Of a DNA stretch of 64,000 bases, positions 1 to 11,800 are shown in pieces; the stretch's first letter is position 1, and each line of letters starts with the position of its first letter. The notes beneath the pieces were generated by a model that was given only the letters and a program-made list of their open reading frames with translations, searched no databases and was not told the DNA's origin. Position numbers and translations under genes: made by a program. Origin of the DNA: Azolla caroliniana (Eukaryota > Plantae > Polypodiophyta); contig JBHGNT010000003.1 of NCBI GenBank assembly GCA_043228905.1, positions 19,406,001 through 19,470,000 of the forward strand, given 5' to 3'.

Positions 1-652
1 TAGGAATCGTGTGGTGAATCGGAAAACGGACTGAGGGAGGTTTTACAGGTGGTGTAGACAACGAGGGAAAGGTGGCGAGGAGCCGTCTGATGTCGTTGAT
101 GCGCTCCGCCGGTGATATCAGGTACTGTGTGTTGCTGATGTGGGTGGTATCCCGCGGAGTAGTGAAGAGCGCGATCGGAATGTGATTTGGGAGGATGAGC
201 TGTTGTGCGGAGAAATCGAGACAGGCTCGACTATGGAGGAACCAATCACATCCCAAGGTGATTGGGAACAACTGGCGTGGGAGGACGTAGAAACGATGGT
301 GGATCTGGGCGGAACTAATGGTGAGCATGCACCTGACTTGTGTATGTGAGTGGTACACCCGTTGTTGGTCGCCGAAGAGGATTTTAATGGGCGGTGCGTG
401 GCTCGTGGGAAGTTGTAATTGGGTGACTAAATCTGCGCTGATGGAAGAGATGCTGCTGCCGGAGTCGAGGAGAACTTCTTGGGTCGTGTGCTGGAGGCGG
501 GCGATTGTGGTACAAACGGGCGAAGTTGATGAAGTGGAGGCGTGGACGTGCGGGGGCGGCTCAATCGTGGGAGAAACGGGAGAAGTTGAGGACGTGGAGA
601 CGTGGACGTGCGGGGGCGGCTCTCCTTGCGGCACCCCGCGCATTAGTTTTCC
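1..652 (-). CDS. pol: pol N-terminus (aspartic protease), partial, in the -1 frame relative to gag
   Basis: Frame reads KLMRGVPQGEPPPHVH...VLLDSGSSISSISADLVTQLQLPT (catalytic D at 466-464); homologous to the ORF at 26173. Confidence 0.8.
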
Positions 653-1593
653 GGGAGCTCAGAGAGGGAGGCAGCGTCAGCTAATTGGACGTTCTGCTTC
701 TGTTGGTGATTCTGCCACTTTCGGCAGTGACGCCGAATGTGGCCATAGTTGTTGCAGTAGAAACATTTGGGGCGTCCCTGGCTGTCTCGTTCGGGCAATG
801 CACGCTTGGCACGTAATTGCGTGTTCTGGATGTCGATGTCCATGGGAGTGACGGCTGGTATAGTGTTTGTATGATCATGACTGAGATTACCTGGTGTGTG
901 CATGTCGTGCGCGTCTACAGCTTCGATGCGTTGGGCAGTGAGGATGGCTTCGTGTAGTGTCGTCGGGCCTTGATCGCGTACACGGCGGCGGAGGTCATGT
1001 CGTATACGCGGCCAGAAGAAAAACAACTTCATGTCCTCCGACATGTTGGCGTCAGCCCGGCGTAGGATCTGCACAAAACGAACCGCGAACTGGGTGATGG
1101 GTTCGCGTGGTTGTTGGGTAATTGACTCAAGTTGTTGTAGGGCCGTCTGGCGGGAGTCTTGATGAGCAAAATTCCGAATCATGGCTGCCCGTAACAGATC
1201 CCAGTCGTTGCGTGTCTCTTCGGGTTGTTGTACAAGCCATGTTGCCGCGATATTCTCGAGGAGTGTCTTCATCTCCATTGCCTTCCGAGGGTGTGGCCAC
1301 TGGTGGTAACTGGCCACCATTTCGAAATGATCCAGCCAAGAGAGGACGTCTTCCGATTGTAGGCCGGAGAACGGTTTTGGGCGAACTCGAGAGTCCGGGA
1401 GATTTTGTTGTGGCTCGGATCGTGCTGAAAGAAAGGACAACATGGCTTGGTTAGTATGGTTAACTTGTAAAATGATGTTGGACAGAGCTTGAACCAGTTG
1501 GTCGATTGGCGATGTGGGCTGGTGTCCTTGATTGTGTTGTAGGAATTCCGGATTCATCGAGTTTGCGTTGCCGTCGTTGTTGTCGTGTTGCAT
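643..1593 (-). CDS. gag: Gag (retrotransposon capsid plus zinc knuckle)
   Basis: PKPFSG...WLDHFE capsid motif, TPMDID, CFYCNNYGHIRRHC. Start set at the first ATG after the PBS because the longer track ORF runs into the LTR. Confidence 0.88.
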   Translation of the reverse strand: MQHDNNDGNANSMNPEFLQHNQGHQPTSPIDQLVQALSNIILQVNHTNQAMLSFLSARSEPQQNLPDSRVRPKPFSGLQSEDVLSWLDHFEMVASYHQWPHPRKAMEMKTLLENIAATWLVQQPEETRNDWDLLRAAMIRNFAHQDSRQTALQQLESITQQPREPITQFAVRFVQILRRADANMSEDMKLFFFWPRIRHDLRRRVRDQGPTTLHEAILTAQRIEAVDAHDMHTPGNLSHDHTNTIPAVTPMDIDIQNTQLRAKRALPERDSQGRPKCFYCNNYGHIRRHCRKWQNHQQKQNVQLADAASLSELPEN

Positions 1594-1633
1594 CGTGGCG
1601 GGCGTTGTTGGGGTCGTGAGTTGGGGTGGATTG

Positions 1634-1650
1634 GCCCGTCTTCTCCACCA
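1634..1650 (-). promoter_or_regulatory. primer binding site, tRNA-Ala-like
   Basis: TGGTGGAGAAGACGGGC lies 3 nt after the LTR end and resembles the complement of eukaryotic tRNA-Ala 3' ends (recalled, not searched). Confidence 0.65.
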
Positions 1651-1653
1651 AGA

Positions 1654-1912
1654 TGTGAAATGCTCAAGATGTGAAATGCTCTCAAGAATAGCCCTCCTTT
1701 CATTATGTCTCAAGTTACATTTTATAGACTCTCTCTTAGCGTGGAGGGTGTTCTCCCGCTCCAATTAGCTCTACTAATTATGGGGCTTGGTGGGGGCCTA
1801 GTTTGGGTGTGGTGCATGAGGCTTGGTAGGGGCCTAATTTGGGTGTGGTCTATGTGTGGTGCATGGGGCTTGGTAGGGGCCTAATCTAGGTGTGGTCCAT
1901 GTGACCACCACA
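1654..1912 (-). repeat. 5' LTR (~259 bp) with three ~36-bp tandem units in U3
   Basis: TG...CA ends; TATAAAAT at 1726-1719; GGGGCTTGGTAGGGGCCTAATTTGGGTGTGGT-like units at 1782-1897. Confidence 0.75.
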
Positions 1913-2764
1913 ATATATATATTTCTACATTAGTATGAGTGGTGGTGACTTTTTGTACCATTGAGTTTTTGAAATTCTATTTCGTACCCTCAATTGTTTT
2001 TTGAATTTCTAGTGAGTACCCTTGGGGAATTCTATCAGCTGCCCTTGAGTTCTTGAAATTTGATTATGTGTACCCCTCTCTTTTAGGTTTCCTTTTTGTT
2101 TTTCTTTCTTTTCTCTTGGTTTCTTTTTCATCTACTTATCTCTTTCATCTTCTTCTGTCGTTTTTTCTCTTCTTCGTCTTCCTTTCTTTCTGTTTACTTC
2201 TCTCTGTGTCGTCGTTGTCATCATCTTTTTCTTCACCTCTTTCTCGTACGGGAAGCGGCCTTCCTTCTTCTTCTATCTTGCTTTTTCTTGGGAGGGGTGG
2301 GGTGATCTGTTTGTTGGCCGATGCTCGGTCGGCCGGCTTTGTCCGCTTGTTGTCTTTGTCTGTCTGTCGTGTCTGTCCGACGGCAGCCGAATCGTCGCTT
2401 GGCCGTTTCTAGACTGTCTAGTGGCAATCATTCGGCCGCGTCTCGGCCATGACTTGGCCCGCGTTCAGTTTCTTGGCCATGTCATGGTTGTCATTCGGTC
2501 GCCACTCAGACATGTCTCTATCCGGTCAGCTCTCTATTCTGCTATCACTCGGTCGATTGTCTCTTCGCCGGTTGTTCTCGGCCATCTCTTAGTCGTCTCA
2601 CAACCATCCATCGGCTAATGCTTGTTCGACTGACTCTCGGCGGGTTCTCAGCCCTCTCGCACGGCCATGTCTTGGCCATAACTCAACCGCTTCTTGGCTG
2701 TGACATACTCTCAGTCGTTTCTCAGCCATGCTATACTCTCGGCCCTTTCTCGGTCGTGGCTAGA

Positions 2765-3035
2765 CCATCTCGTGGCTGTCGCTCGGCTTCTCAGCCGATT
2801 CTCTGGTTCACGGTTGCTTTCTCGGCCGTGCTTGGGCTGACTCTCGGCTTCTTGGCCATGACTGGGCCATCTCGTGGCTGTTGCTCGGCTTCTCGGCCGA
2901 TTCTCTGGTTCACAGCCGCTTTCTCGTCCGTGCTTGGGCCGACTCTCGACTTATCGGTTGTGACTGGGCCATCTCATGGCTATCGCTTGGCTTCTCGGCC
3001 GATTGTCTGGTTCACAGCCGCTTTCTCGGTTGTGG
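2765..3035. repeat. degenerate ~102-bp tandem repeat (about 3 copies) within a CTCGGC/GCCGA-rich tract (2400-3240)
   Basis: The unit CGGCTTCTC(A/G)GCCGATT(C/G)TCTGGTTCAC recurs at ~2784, ~2886 and ~2988. Confidence 0.7.
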
Positions 3036-3636
3036 CTGGGTTTATTTGTGGTCGTTTTTGTTTCCGGTTGATTGTCGGATGTCAGTAGTCTTCATCCAGT
3101 GGTTGCCAAACCATTTGTAGGGCCAGCTCTATCTGGTCGGCTATCTCGGCCGAACTCTCTGGCAGTCTTAGTTGGCTCGAGCTCTTCTCAACTGCTTTCC
3201 AAGCCGTCTCTCAGCCAACACTTGCTCGTTCGGCGCCCGGATTACATTTCTGTTTTGTTCTCTTTCTCTTTTGCTTCCTCATATTCTTCCAACATGCTCC
3301 CAAATCCATTTTTCATGAGTTGGAAAAGAACAGAATTCTTCCTCTTCACGACTTCCACGTCTCCATGGCTAGGGTTTTTGGCAGAGAGAGTAACGAAAAG
3401 GGGAGGGGGTTGAAAGGCCCTGTCCATCAGGCCTTAGATACATTAGAAATAGAAGTAAGAGAAATCGCCATTGCCATCACAGATTGGCTCTCAACAGAGA
3501 GTCCCTACACACCATACACACCACTTTCAAACACAAAGACACAAACATGTAGAGAAGGAGACAAAGAGATTAGTGATGGAGACGGAGAACGAGAGAGACT
3601 TCTTCTCAAGGGGGGTAGGCCGTAGGGCCTGCCATG

Positions 3637-3973
3637 TGTTTATGGGTGGGGGGTGGAGCCAAGATCGGCTCCACCCCCCTCCCAAGGGGGTTCGAGTGTG
3701 AGAGGAGAGAGGGAGAGATGAGATGCACAGAGAGAACGAATGAGAGAGAGAGAGAGAGAATCGAGACGGACACAATTTAGAGTAACTTCGAAATCATTTT
3801 TTCATGCCCCATGAGTGAGGATTTATATAATAGAAGATCTTTACAAAAAGCCCAATGGACGTAGGTACACCTACTTACCTCACCTAACACTCACACATTC
3901 ACATTTCATATTACACCTCACACACCACCTTCCACATTACACCTAACCCTCCCGTACACTTATACGAGTAACA
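3637..3973 (-). repeat. LTR (~337 bp) followed by a PBS-like TGGCAGGCCC (3634-3618); same family as the solo LTR at 38775-39773
   Basis: Minus strand TGTTACTCGTATAAGTGTACGGGAGGGTTAGG...ATAAACA; shares GAACCCCCTTGGGAGGGGGGTGGA with 39717-39740. Confidence 0.75.
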
Positions 3974-4533
3974 GGGAACAACTCAATGAGAAGGAATCGG
4001 AGGCAATTCGGTTAAAGGCTCTGTGTGAACTAGAAGAACACTGACTAGCGAGCATTATGCACCTGGAGTTGGAACAACGACGACGGAAAGCGTTTGTAGA
4101 TCGGCACCGGAAAGGAAATGAAAAGATGTTCGAAGTTCGCAAGCCGGTACTAGTGTTCCAGACCCGGATGGGTAAAATGCCAGGCAAACTACGATTTAGA
4201 TGGACTGGACCGTACTGGATCACACGCGGGTTTAATGGGTCTTACTAGTTAGGGACACTTGCCGGCGAGGTGCTGGGTAAATGGGTCAACGGATTTAGAC
4301 TAAAACCATACAAAGGACCTATGCCCAAGAACCTATTTGAACGAAGGGCCGCCACTGAATCAGACGCCGACAGGCCAACCACGACGACAACATGTGAGGA
4401 AAACGGCTACCACCAAGCCAGTAAGGGGGAGCACGAGCCGGCAACCCGGGAAAGCATAACGACGGCAAACCGTCAAGAGGTCGGCAAGGTGTGCGTTTCG
4501 GGTAAGGGTCCGATAGGACCGGAGAAAAATTAA
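3974..4533 (+). pseudogene. Gypsy integrase C-terminal remnant
   Basis: QRRRKAFVDRH...PGKLRFRWTGPYWI...WVNGFRLKPY (GPY/F module), with in-frame stops. Confidence 0.85.
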
Positions 4534-4954
4534 CCACACAATTAATTTTACGAAAAAAGAAAAGAAAAAAAGAAGTAAAAAAATCGAATGGAATCAAATA
4601 AATCATGAAAAGGAGTGGTGGAAATGGCCATGCAAACGAGGAGTAAAGAGGCACGTCGAAAAGGTACGAGGGGCTATGAATAGGACATTAAACCACTGCC
4701 ACATGGCACGCAATGCTATTATAGTACACGACCTGCACATGCGGAGGCTCGAAAAAGGCGCCAAGATGTAGAGAGAAAAACCCCCACGCATCGAGACCTT
4801 CTCCTATCGCGAACCAAGGAGAACTGACGCAGACAGACGCCAGAAGATCAATCGCAGAGGGCTCGCACACAGAGAACCCCCTCCCTCAGAACTTTCTCTC
4901 TCACACTCTCCCCACCATCAAACCTCGCCAACGCTCTCCGACCTCGACGCAGAG

Positions 4955-5621
4955 ATGGACTGCCAAACGCTGTCTGAAGCCGCCAAGAAATGGCTACGGC
5001 AACACGAACTGGAGGGTTTCTTAACGATCATGGAGGCGGCGCCACACAAGGAGGCCGAAAAGATTATCAAAGAAATCGACACAGAGGTGATCACGGAAGA
5101 GGCGATCCGTGGTTAACAGGCCTTCCGGAGGGAGGCATCTACACGATCGATAATCCTACCTCCGAGCAGCTCATCAAATATTTCGGTGAGTACTCTCTCG
5201 CTAGCAAGGGCTATAGGACACAGGGCGGCAAAGACATGTTATTCCGTGAAATTGCCCGTGTACTCCATGAGTTCAGCCACGTGTACCCTCGACCCCTCGT
5301 CATGCCTCAGAACCGAGCAGGCTTGATCATCGCAACGTACGAAGGGGTCAAGGTGGATTGGCCGGTGCTGATCGCTGACGGGCTGTGTACGACTATTGAT
5401 ATAGTAAGATGAAAGGACGACAAGGAAGGCCAAAAAATATGGCATGCGGTGATGCAATGGCTCACCCTATTGGCGCTACCGGTCGAGCCTGTCCAAACCA
5501 AGAAGTGGGGAAGAGCAACGGACAACACCTCGAAACTTGCTTCGAAATGGCAACAACTGTTGGCCTCCAAGGCGACTAAGGGGAAGACGGCCGACACAGA
5601 GAAGGCGGCAAAGGAGTGCGC
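4955..5621 (+). pseudogene. extra ORF of element H, N-terminal part
   Basis: ATG at 4955; ITEEAIR / LTGLPEGG / GVKVDWPVLIADGL segments; one frameshift and a stop at 5410-5412. Confidence 0.6.
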
Positions 5622-6408
5622 TGTCGTGAAGAATTTCGGCCAGAGGCGGAAACCGGGAAACATTGGCTACATCGGCGGGGTGCAGCATGTGTGCTCACCC
5701 TTGTACATTTAGTGTGAATAACGAGGGCGCCTTTATGGCGCCGAAGAGTAGTCAAGTCGGGACAGACGATCCCATGTAAGTCGGGATTTATCCCACATTG
5801 TAACGCATCCCTCTCCTTGTTCTATAAAAGGAAGGGAGCGTCCTTTGTGAAAGGGTTGCCCATTTTTGTGTTAGAGGGTATACCGTTAGGTTTAGAGTTA
5901 GTTTTCTTTTTTTTTTTCTTCTTCTTCTTCTTCTTCACGGGGAGGTCGACCGTTGAGGGCTGTTTCTGCTCGGTCTCCTGTGCAAGACCCCGCTCTGTGT
6001 GACGAGCCCGAGAGCTCCCCGGACGACGGCTTGGCAGCAGACTGCTGTTGTAACCTACCCTACCGTGACCCGGCTCGAAGCCGGGAATGTATTCTCCCCC
6101 CCTTTGTAATATACATACAAGTATCCGTCTGTGCATACTTGTGTCTCTGTTTGTGTGGGTGTTTTGGTGTTCCCTTCCCTACGTTGCCCGTACATAACAG
6201 CGTGAGTTGGGTCGGCGCGGTGTGTGTGTGTGTGTGTGTGAGTCGGCGTCAAGGGTGCACTCCCTCTCTTTCTCCCTCTCTTTCTCTCCCTCTCTCGTTT
6301 GGTTGCTTTCGGAACGCGTCTGGAATCATCTTCTCAGCTTCCCTTCTTCCCTCGTCCGAGACCCCCGTGGTCCCGCCCTTCTACACGCACGCGTGTAACA
6401 ACGCGACA
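5622..6408 (+). repeat. 5' LTR of element A
   Basis: Direct repeat of 22518-23318; TATAAAAG at 5824; GT and CT microsatellites. Confidence 0.95.
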
Positions 6409-6446
6409 TCTTTTGGTGAACACGACGTGAAAGGCAGCAAGGGAGG

Positions 6447-7058
6447 ATGGAGTCGGAAGACGACGACCTCGCGGTGATGGTGGCCGAAGTGGTGTTGGAG
6501 TCGGCACGAGTGGTGATGAGGCGAGAAGCAGCGCAACAAGCGGTTGAGCGAGTAGTCGAAAGAGTCGGCCGTTTCAACGGGGACGAAGTTCCATCTTACT
6601 TGAGAGCCTACAACGCAGATATGGAGGAGCGTAGCGTAGACGAGGCATTGAGGCTGGAGTTCTTCTGTCGGGTCGTAGATGTCCGGATGCATGCAGAAGT
6701 AAAGGAGCTCTGTGAGGCTCATAGTTCGTGGGAGGCCTTCGAAGAGGCGCTCCTGAAGGCATACGGAGGTCGGCGGAAGAGCCGGGGACGACACAACTTC
6801 GACCAGTGGGTAGCATCGGCAAAGACCCACCGGGGCGCGACCAAGGCGTTCCGAGAGTTCGAGCGACGACTTGCTGGGCTCCCGGAGCGGGAACAAGGTT
6901 TGGTGGGGACGAACAAGGTCCTATTGTTCGTCAGGTCGATCGACCGAGCGGAACGGGAGGCCATAGGGATGGAGCTCGAAGATGATGACGGAGCGAATGG
7001 GCTTACGGAGGACTTGTCGAAGGTCGGAAGGGTGTGCCAACGGCTAGACGATGAGTGA
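6447..7058 (+). CDS. gag: truncated Gag N-terminal domain of the Trp family
   Basis: VGRFNGDEVPSYL...KVLLFVRSID...GLTED aligns with IGRFSGKDATKYL...RVLLFVKSVD...GLTTDW at 40561-41120. Confidence 0.8.
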   Translation: MESEDDDLAVMVAEVVLESARVVMRREAAQQAVERVVERVGRFNGDEVPSYLRAYNADMEERSVDEALRLEFFCRVVDVRMHAEVKELCEAHSSWEAFEEALLKAYGGRRKSRGRHNFDQWVASAKTHRGATKAFREFERRLAGLPEREQGLVGTNKVLLFVRSIDRAEREAIGMELEDDDGANGLTEDLSKVGRVCQRLDDE

Positions 7059-8068
7059 GCCGAGAAGGCTAAGTGGAAGACGCGCGACGGTGTGCCATCA
7101 CAGCGGGAAGAGGCCGAACGGCAAAGGGAGCTGGCAAGGGTCAGCGTTGGGGCCAGGATTGCGGAGGCGTACGCAGCTCTCGAGGCGATGCTCGAGGAAG
7201 AGGGAAGATCGAGGCCCCAAGCTAAGACCAAGGAAACAAACTTGCCCCACGAGATGGCGGAAGATCGGTACGACGGTACCACGGGAGAGGGTGCGGAATA
7301 AAACGCCCTCTCGACTTGCGGAGAATTGCCGACTGAGGACAAGGTCGGGAGTGGAGAAGAGCCCTCCACGGGGATTCCGGAGACTCCGGCGATCGTGCCC
7401 GTGTGCCGACATGAGACCGGAGAGAAGGGAGGCGCCGGCAAGGAGTCTTGGCATGATGCCAGCGAAGATGGATGGGAAATGTCTTGCGAGGAGGCCGAGG
7501 ACGGAAGAGGCACGAGAAGATCGGCATTCCGATTCGGATGGAGCGTAATCCGGTCGTGGATTGTTCGACCGAGGCCGGATTCGGCATGAAGGTGCCGATA
7601 TGGAAGAGGGTGCGGGACGAGCTGCCCTCTTTTACATGGGGAGAAAGACCGACCGGGCGATGGTCGAGAATTCGAAGGAAGGTGATCAAAGGTTCGGAAC
7701 GAGTCTGACAAGGTCAGCATCGGAGCCGAAACTCCGGACATTGGAGAATCAAGCTCAGGCGGGGCTTGATTGATCACAGAGCGGATGCTATCCACCGACA
7801 CCACTAAAAGGGGCGGTGGTCCGGACGAGTCGCCGAAAGATGTTGCAAAAATCGGTTACCCCACATCCTATCCGGAGACCTCGGCAGTTCGGCCGACGTG
7901 GCAACGTGAGACCGAAAGAGATGGAGGATGGAGGCGAGAACGTGAAGAGGAGAGAAACGACGAGTTCGGGAGAAGTACAAGGGATGAAGAGAACAAAGAC
8001 TGGTCCCATGAGATCTTCGCACCAATCCGGCGGTTGGCCCGAGTGCCGGCGTGAGTCCTATAGGAGAG

Positions 8069-8857
8069 TGTCGGGAACTACAACGTTCCCTCTACGCAAT
8101 GCTCGGCCACAACCGAGCTTAGGATCATACACAGAAAACAGGAAACGGAAAAGCACGACACAAAGGAGAGAAAAAGGTGCACACAGGATGTTTACGTGGA
8201 AAACCCAAACTAAGGGAAAAACCACGGCAACCCACACGCTGCAAACTATCACTATGTTGGAATGTACAAAACAATGAGTTCACGGAGGCAACGACCTCGT
8301 GCTCACGATCTTCGCCACAGGCGGCGGTTACACCAGAGGCAACGACCTCTTTCTCTCTCTCTCTCTCTCTTTGTACACTATTACGTGCTCTCTCTTCTTC
8401 TTCTTGCACCAACAAGGGAAAAATGACAACAACAACTACTAAAAGTTTGCCCTAAGTCATATTTATACTAATATGACTTTTCGGCTATTTACAAATATAG
8501 CCTCGATGGACTCTCAGAAACATATTTACCAATATGTCTCCTCATCCGGTTCATACCGGGTCTGCACCATCCGGCTCTCCGTAGCCGGGTACTCCTCATC
8601 CGGTTCATACCGGGTATGCACCATCTGGCTCTCCGTAGCCGGGTACTCCTCATCCAGTTCTCCGTAGCCGGGTACTCCTCATCCGGTTCTCCGTAGCCGG
8701 GTACTCCTCATCCGGTTCTCATCGGGTCTGCACCATCCGGCTCTCCGTAGCCGGGTACTCCTCATCCGGTTTAGGTCTCGGCCTATCGGCCTCGACCGAG
8801 ATTGTTCGTTGACACTGTTCTTCTCCCTTCCCATCCGGAGGGACCTGTCTCCCAACA
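8069..8857 (-). repeat. 3' LTR of C1 (789 bp, expanded U3 tandem array)
   Basis: Matches 19851-20508 apart from extra repeat units at 8537-8772. Confidence 0.95.
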
Positions 8858-8867
8858 AACTCCCCCT

Positions 8868-11800
8868 TCACTCCGGCATGGGGTGTCTTACCAGTCCGAT
8901 CCTCTTCCGGCATGCGTCCAGCTTGTCGGGTGTCAACACTTTGGTCAGCATATCTGACCCGTTCTCGGCCGTGTGGATCTTCGTCAGTGCGAACTCCTGG
9001 TCATCTACTCTTTCCCGGATCCAGTGATACCTCCGCTGGATATGCTTCGTCCAGGAATGGTAGGCCGCATTCTTAGCAAGGTGGATGACACTTTGACTAT
9101 CGCAATAGAGTCGGTATTCCTCTTGCCGGATCTTGAGCTTTCCGATGAAGTCCTTCATCCATAATATTTCCTTGCCGGCTTCCACAATCGCCATGTACTC
9201 CGCCTCTATGGTTGACAATGCAACCGTCTTCTGCAGCCTCGACTGCCATGAAACAACTCCCCCTGCATATGTCATTATATACCCGGATGTAGACCGGATG
9301 GTATCCACATCAGCTGACATGTCCGAATCGATGAAACCGTCTAGTTGAGGTTTTCTAGAGCCGAATCGGAGACACATATTTGAAGTGCCCTTCAAATACC
9401 GGAGTATCCATTTGATCACGTTCCAGTGCTCCTTGCCGGGATTGCTCATGAACTAGCTCACCACTCCGACTGCGTATCCTATATCAGGTCGGGTACACAC
9501 CATTGCGTACATCAAGCTCCCGACGGCAGAGGCATATGGAATCTTCATCATATCCGCCTTATCTGCTTTCGTCTTCGGGCTTTGCTTACCGGATAGCCTG
9601 CAGTTTGCCGGAAGTGTCGATCCGACCGGTTTCACATCTGACATGTTGAACCGGTGAAGCACCTTTGTCACGTACTTCTTCTGTGACAGCCATAATTGCT
9701 TCTTTGACCGGTCCCGAATGATGTGCATCCCCAACATCTGTCTTGCCGGACCCAAGTCTTTCATTGAGAAGGTCCGGTTGAGAGCCTTCTTCAGCATCCG
9801 TATTTTGACTTGGTCACGTCCGACGATCAACATGTCGTCCACGTACAGAAGGAGTATCAGGAAGTCGCCTCCTTCGAACTTCTTCACAAACACGCAGTGA
9901 TCGGCCTGCATCTTGTGGTACCCTTGATCGGCCATGAAGGAATCGAACTTCCGGTACCATTGCGGGGGGGCCTGCTTCAACCCGTAGAGGCTCTTCTTCA
10001 ACCGGAAAACCAGGTGCTCCTTCCCTTTCTCCACGAATCCTTCCGGTTGCTGCATGTAGATCTCCTCTTCGAGGTCGCCGTGAAGGAATGCCGTCTTCAC
10101 GTCTAGCTGCTCTACCTCAAGGTCCATGCTTGCCGCTATACTCATCACCGTCCAGATGGAGGTCATCTTTACTACCGGGGCAAATATCTCGTCGAAGTCC
10201 AAGCCCTTCTTCTGCTGGAACCCCTTCAGCACGATCTTGGCTTTGTATCTTGGGGGGTTGCCGGCATCTCCCGGTTTCAACTTGTACACCCATTTGTTTC
10301 GGAGTGCCCGCTTTCCTTTCGGAAACTCCACCAATTCGTACGTATGGTTCTCATGCAGGGAATCCATCTCATCCTGCATGGCACTTAACCATTTTCGGCT
10401 GTGGGTGTCTTCCTTCGCTTCTTCGAAGCTTTCCGGCTCCCCCTCATCGGTCAGCAGAACATGCTCTGCATCCGGAAATCTCCGGGGGGCCCTTCTCTCT
10501 TTGAGAGGATATCTCCGTCTCTGGGCTTCGGTAATCGGCTCCTCTATTTGCTCTTCATCCGAATTTGATTCGGGGTCTTGACCGGTTCCGGTTTCAGCTT
10601 CCACTACTTCTTCTTCAGCCTGTTCGGTATCCTCACCGTAACCGGCTGGTCCCTCGAGTGCTAACCGGTCTCTTGCCGGTTGGGTCTGCCCATCGTAGAG
10701 TCGATCCTTACCGGTCGACTCAGAGTTCATTATCTTCTTCTCCGACTCCCAGTCGGCGAGCGTCTTGTTCTCCATGAAGATAATATCTCGACTCTGGAAT
10801 ACCTTCTTGTCGACCAGGTCCCACACTCGGTAGCCGAACTCATCGTCACCGTAACCGAGGAATATGCATGGACGGGTCTTTGGATCTAACTTTCCTCTCC
10901 GTTCCTTAGCTACATGCACGTACACGAGACACCCGAACACCTTCAGATGCCAGTAGGATACTTCCTTACCGGTCCACACTCTCTGTGGCGTGTCTCCGTC
11001 CAAGGGTACTGAGGGTGATCTATTTATCACATATGTCGCCGTCGACCGTGCCTCAGCCCAAAACTTCTTGGGTAGTTTTGCATTCGCTAGCATACTCCGG
11101 ACCCTCTCCATTATGGTCCGGTTCATCCTCTTGGCCAGTCCGTTTAGTTCCGGCGTCTTCGGCATGGTAAATTCGAGCCGGATTCCCTTCGAGCGGCAGT
11201 ACTCCTCGAACTGCCCCCGGTATTCTCCTCCGTTATCTGCTCGAACAGCCTTAAGCTTTCGGCCGGTTTCTCTTTCCACTCTCACGTGGAGCTCTTTGAA
11301 GATGGATAACACCTGACCCTTCGTCTTCAACGGTGTGGCCCACAGCTTCCGACTGTGGTCATCTATGAACGTCACGAAGTACTACGCTCCGGCATGTGAC
11401 TTCGTGTCTACTTGACACACATCCGTATGCACCAACTCCAGTGGTGCATTATGTCTCATCGGTGGCCTTGGTCGGAAGGAGGTCCGGTTCTGCTTACCGG
11501 GTAGACAATCAGTGCACTTCTCTAAGTGCACGTTCTTCACTGGAATGAGGTTGTCGTCTGCAAGCCTCTTCATCCCCTTCTCGCTCATATGACACAGCCT
11601 CTTGTGCCACAGCTCACCGGCAGTGTCGGATGCCATGTTCACTTCTTCCGGGCATAACCGTGCATTCATCAGGTACAGTGTGTTTACCTTCCTGGCCCGA
11701 GCCACAATCAGGCTCCCTTTGCTGAACTTCATGACACCGTTCCGGATGCTACCCGTGTAGCCCTCATCATCTAGCCGACCAGCTGATATCAGGTTCAGTC

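Larger units (their letters stand above)
1..1912 (-). mobile_element. Ty3/Gypsy element, 5' part (LTR, tRNA-Ala-type PBS, gag, protease); runs off the left window edge
   Basis: On the minus strand the LTR (1912-1654) reads TGTGGTG...TTTCACA, followed by PBS TGGTGGAGAAGACGGGC, a gag with a CCHC knuckle and an LLDSGS protease motif. Confidence 0.9.

Noticed and set aside
3397-3420. PPT plus LTR start on the plus strand (AAAAGGGAGGGGGT-TGAAAG)
   Set aside because: No matching LTR end or partner; the nearby LTR is better explained on the minus strand at 3637-3973.
5904-6300. poly-Lys/Phe and VCVC ORFs and microsatellites
   Set aside because: Simple repeats inside LTRs (T/CTT, GT, CT tracts), not coding.
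6719-7804. long antisense ORFs (also 21414-22181, 41288-42229, 42584-43393, 53587-54501)
   Set aside because: Shadow ORFs of GC-rich TE sequence with no recognisable domain.
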